A DNA stretch of 7,686 bases, taken from a virus. Taxonomy: Duplodnaviria; Heunggongvirae; Uroviricota; Caudoviricetes. Position 1 is the stretch's first letter. The number at the start of each line of letters is the position of its first letter. A program made the translations under genes and the position numbers. This document shows positions 5,613-7,686 of the stretch, piece after piece. The notes under the pieces were generated by a model that did not search any database, was not told the DNA's origin, and worked only from the letters and a program-made list of their open reading frames with translations. Location: IMG/VR virus record IMGVR_UViG_2740892258_000007; one strand, 5' to 3'.

Positions 5613-6186
5613 TTTTGCCAGCATAATTTTCTTCCAGCAATGCCGCCAGCCACTTGAAAGAATTTTGTTGTTCCTGGGACCATTTGGGGTTGCGTGATTC
5701 AAAATGAATGGATGCCAGCGTTGGCAGCATTTGCTCCCTGGGAATTGATAAGGCCAGATGTGAAAATGCAACAGTGAGGGCATTTACATCATCCCGAAGC
5801 CTGGAAATGCAGTCGAGCAACTCCTGTAGAGAAATGGTGCTATTGTCCATAAATAATCCTCTTGATTGTCTTTACCTTTTCCCCGCCTGATTCAACAGGC
5901 CGGGACAGATAAACATATCCAGGGTTCAGAAACCGATAAATCCTGATAAATATCCATGAACGCAAAAATCAAATACGGCCTGTCAGCTGCAGTTCTGGCG
6001 CTGATTGGAGCAGGCGCATCAGCTCCTCAGATACTTGACCAGTTTCTGGATGAAAAAGAGGGTAACCACACTACGGCATACCGCGATGGTTCCGGCAACT
6101 GGACCATCTGTCGGGGGGCCACGATGGTGGATGGAAAACCCGTTTTTCCCGGTATGAAACTGTCGAAGGAAAAATGCGACCAGGTC
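5356..6186. repeat. Tandem duplication, copy 2 (831 bp)
   Basis: See copy 1; ends inside the intact endolysin gene at codon 77. Confidence 0.85.
5578..5850 (-). CDS. orfB second copy (90 aa), about 15 amino-acid differences from copy 1, concentrated in the middle and C-terminal half
   Basis: Intact ORF with conserved RBS AGAGGA and ATG at 5850-5848; N-terminal 25 residues identical to copy 1. Confidence 0.45.
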   Translation of the reverse strand: MDNSTISLQELLDCISRLRDDVNALTVAFSHLALSIPREQMLPTLASIHFESRNPKWSQEQQNSFKWLAALLEENYAGKTTISAESSGNQ

Positions 6187-6489
6187 AACGCCATTGAGCG
6201 TGATAAGGCGCTGGCATGGGTGGAGAAAAACATCAAAGTGCCATTGAGCGAACCCCAGAAAGCGGGGATCGCGTCATTCTGTCCGTACAACATTGGTCCC
6301 GGTAAGTGTTTCCCGTCGACGTTTTATAAACGAATTAATGCAGGTGATCGCAGGGGAGCGTGTGAGGCGATTCGCTGGTGGATTAAGGACGGTGGCAGAG
6401 ACTGCCGTATTCGTTCAAACAACTGCTACGGTCAGGTATCCCGTCGTGACCAGGAGAGCGCGCTGGCGTGCTGGGGTATCGACAGATAA
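5956..6489 (+). CDS. R: SAR endolysin (phage lysozyme with N-terminal signal-anchor-release domain), 177 aa
   Basis: Weakly hydrophobic Gly/Ala-rich N-terminus LSAAVLALIGAGASAP; catalytic triad spacing E-x8-D-x5-T in EGNHTTAYRDGSGNWT. Pinholin plus SAR endolysin is the established phage 21-type pairing. No SD before the ATG. Confidence 0.85.
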   Translation: MNAKIKYGLSAAVLALIGAGASAPQILDQFLDEKEGNHTTAYRDGSGNWTICRGATMVDGKPVFPGMKLSKEKCDQVNAIERDKALAWVEKNIKVPLSEPQKAGIASFCPYNIGPGKCFPSTFYKRINAGDRRGACEAIRWWIKDGGRDCRIRSNNCYGQVSRRDQESALACWGIDR

Positions 6490-6581
6490 GCAGAATATTT
6501 TGCTGAAAAATAAGGCATGGCCACGCGGGCGGATAACATGAAATCCTGCGAAGTGGCGAAACGTAAGTGAATAAAAGTAAA

Positions 6582-6620
6582 AACCCCGTTTGTTGGCACC
6601 AAGCGGGGTTTTGTGTTTCC
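6582..6620 (+). terminator. Intrinsic terminator downstream of the endolysin
   Basis: Stem aaccccg (6582-6588) / cggggtt (6604-6610) with possible inner extension, followed by ttttgtgttt; A-run on the 5' side so it may act bidirectionally. Confidence 0.5.
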
Positions 6621-6648
6621 TGACTCCGGAAAAGTCAAAGGAGAAAGT

Positions 6649-6786
6649 GTGTTTGATTTTAGCAAACTGATTCGGGAGATTCGAGTGATGGCTGAAAAAT
6701 TATCCACCTGGAAGTTCATTCTTATCTGGCTGGTGTTTGTGATTATGGCCTCTGGTTATTTCATCGGTCAGATACGCTGGTGGTGA
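6649..6786 (+). CDS. Small single-pass membrane protein (45 aa from GTG 6649, or 32 aa from ATG 6688), stop 1 nt before the Rz start
   Basis: AGGAG (6638-6642) 6 nt before GTG 6649; hydrophobic core [20 protein letters not shown]; TGA 6784-6786 then ATG 6788 of Rz, a coupled arrangement. Below the ORF-track size cutoff. Confidence 0.35.
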   Translation: MFDFSKLIREIRVMAEKLSTWKFILIWLVFVIMASGYFIGQIRWW

Positions 6787-6787
6787 A

Positions 6788-6976
6788 ATGAACCGCGTAC
6801 TGTGCGTGGTCATCATTGCCCTGCTGGTGGCCTGTGGTGCGCTTAGTCTGGGGCTGAATCATTACCGTGATAACGCCATTACCTACAAAGCCCAGCGCGA
6901 CAAAAATGTCAGAGAACTGAAGCTGGCGAACGCGGCAATTACTGACATGCAGATGCGTCAGCGTGGAATGAAATAA
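6788..6976 (+). pseudogene. Rz: Truncated i-spanin Rz (62 codons; lambda-type Rz is about 150 aa); no embedded Rz1
   Basis: [59 protein letters not shown] closely matches the lambda Rz N-terminus as recalled, then diverges to GMK-stop. Downstream frames show no Rz or Rz1-like continuation. Confidence 0.7.
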
Positions 6977-7104
6977 ACCGGTCTATCCGTCCATTACCCT
7001 TTTAGCTGCGCTGTATCGTCGCCGTATTCCCGCATTAACCATGACCGTAGCCCGACGGGGAATTCCTTCTGCGTGAGTGTGCGGGAATAATTAAAAACGA
7101 TGCA

Positions 7105-7149
7105 CACCGGGTTTTTACCGCGTTAATGATTCGCGGATTTATCCCGGTG
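7105..7149. repeat. Nested palindrome (outer caccggg/cccggtg, inner ccgcg/cgcgg)
   Basis: caccggg (7105-7111) ... ccgcg (7118-7122) ttaatgatt cgcgg (7132-7136) ... cccggtg (7143-7149). A further 9-bp inverted repeat tattcccgc (7025-7033) / gcgggaata (7081-7089) lies upstream. Confidence 0.4.
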
Positions 7150-7306
7150 CGATGGTGGAAGAAACCGGAAGCTGTATTACAGAAAGTGCTACTACTGTAT
7201 CCCGATGCGATGTATGTAATGTGAGTCAGATAATGGCACAGGATGTGGTGATGTGGCAGTCTGGAACACAGGATATATTGTCAGAATAAGACCCGTAGGA
7301 ATAAAA

Positions 7307-7633
7307 ATGAAAAGACGCCTTTTACTACTTTTTCTGTTATCTGTCCTAGCAGTGGGATGCTCGCAGCAAAAAGCTGATGAGCCCCGGCAATTAGTGACGG
7401 TGTATCCACGATATCCGGAATATGCTGCAGCAAATTATATCAAGGGGCTGGTTGAGGTTAAGTTCGATATTGGTGCTGATGGGACTGTGACACGGATCGT
7501 TTTTCTCCGCTCAGAGCCTCATAATTTGTTTCGTGATGAAGTGGTGAAGGCCATGGCGAAATGGCGATTTGAAAAGAATCGTCCCTGTCAGGGAGTGAAG
7601 CGACAATTTATCTTTACGCCGTCACGTCCCTGA
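7307..7633 (+). CDS. Lipoprotein with a TonB C-terminal-like domain (108 aa)
   Basis: AGGA about 7 nt before ATG 7307; signal peptide MKRRLLLLFLLSVLAVGC with a lipobox-like LAVGC and Ser at +2; mature part YPEYAAANYIKGLVEVKFDIGADGTVTRIVFLRSEPHNLFRDEVVKAMAKWRFE aligns position by position with the E. coli TonB C-terminal domain ([54 protein letters not shown]). The listed ORF start at 7253 is an upstream extension. Confidence 0.7.
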   Translation: MKRRLLLLFLLSVLAVGCSQQKADEPRQLVTVYPRYPEYAAANYIKGLVEVKFDIGADGTVTRIVFLRSEPHNLFRDEVVKAMAKWRFEKNRPCQGVKRQFIFTPSRP

Positions 7634-7686
7634 TGCTTCCAGGTAGAGAGGGGCTGGAAGCAGGAGAAAAATGAAAGAGCCAGCGG

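Noticed and set aside
5156-6293. Minus-strand ORFs 5156-5386 and 6027-6293 antisense to the endolysin copies
   Set aside because: Antisense shadow ORFs within conserved lysozyme coding sequence; no RBS.
6293-6719. ORFs 6293-6541 (+) and 6432-6719 (-) around the endolysin 3' end
   Set aside because: The first is an alternative frame inside the endolysin and is Arg-rich; the second is antisense across the endolysin stop, the terminator and the small membrane ORF.
7161-7200. LexA (SOS) box near ctgtattacag and tactactgtatcc
   Set aside because: Neither site satisfies the CTG-N10-CAG spacing of the consensus.
1-7686. CRISPR array, integrase, transposase or IS element
   Set aside because: No regularly spaced direct repeats, and no ORF with recombinase or transposase motifs; the only large repeat is the 831-bp tandem duplication.

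Overview
This window reads as the late-gene control and lysis region of a lambdoid (phage 21 / Stx-phage-like) prophage, all on the + strand, and it looks partly decayed. Order: 3' end of an upstream gene (2-85); a Q-type antiterminator (99-851); a pR'-like promoter and tR'-like terminator (883-989); a moron block with an AT-rich orphan gene (1006-1536), a small PapI/FaeA-like winged-helix gene (1718-1912) and an orphan beta-class DNA methyltransferase (2062-3123); about 1.1 kb with no convincing ORF but several intrinsic terminators and structured GC-rich elements (3124-4216); then the lysis cassette with an S21-type pinholin (4217-4432), a SAR endolysin (5956-6489), a small membrane ORF (6649-6786) and a truncated Rz (6788-6976); finally a lipoprotein with a TonB C-terminal domain (7307-7633). 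The most unusual feature is a two-gene convergent module (orfA +, orfB -) sitting between the pinholin and the endolysin, with an 831-bp segment tandemly duplicated (4525-5355 and 5356-6186) to give an out-of-frame endolysin 5' fragment, an N-truncated second orfA and a diverged second orfB. I could not assign a function to orfA or orfB. All family assignments are from reading the translations and recalled motifs, not from searches; all counts are manual and approximate.
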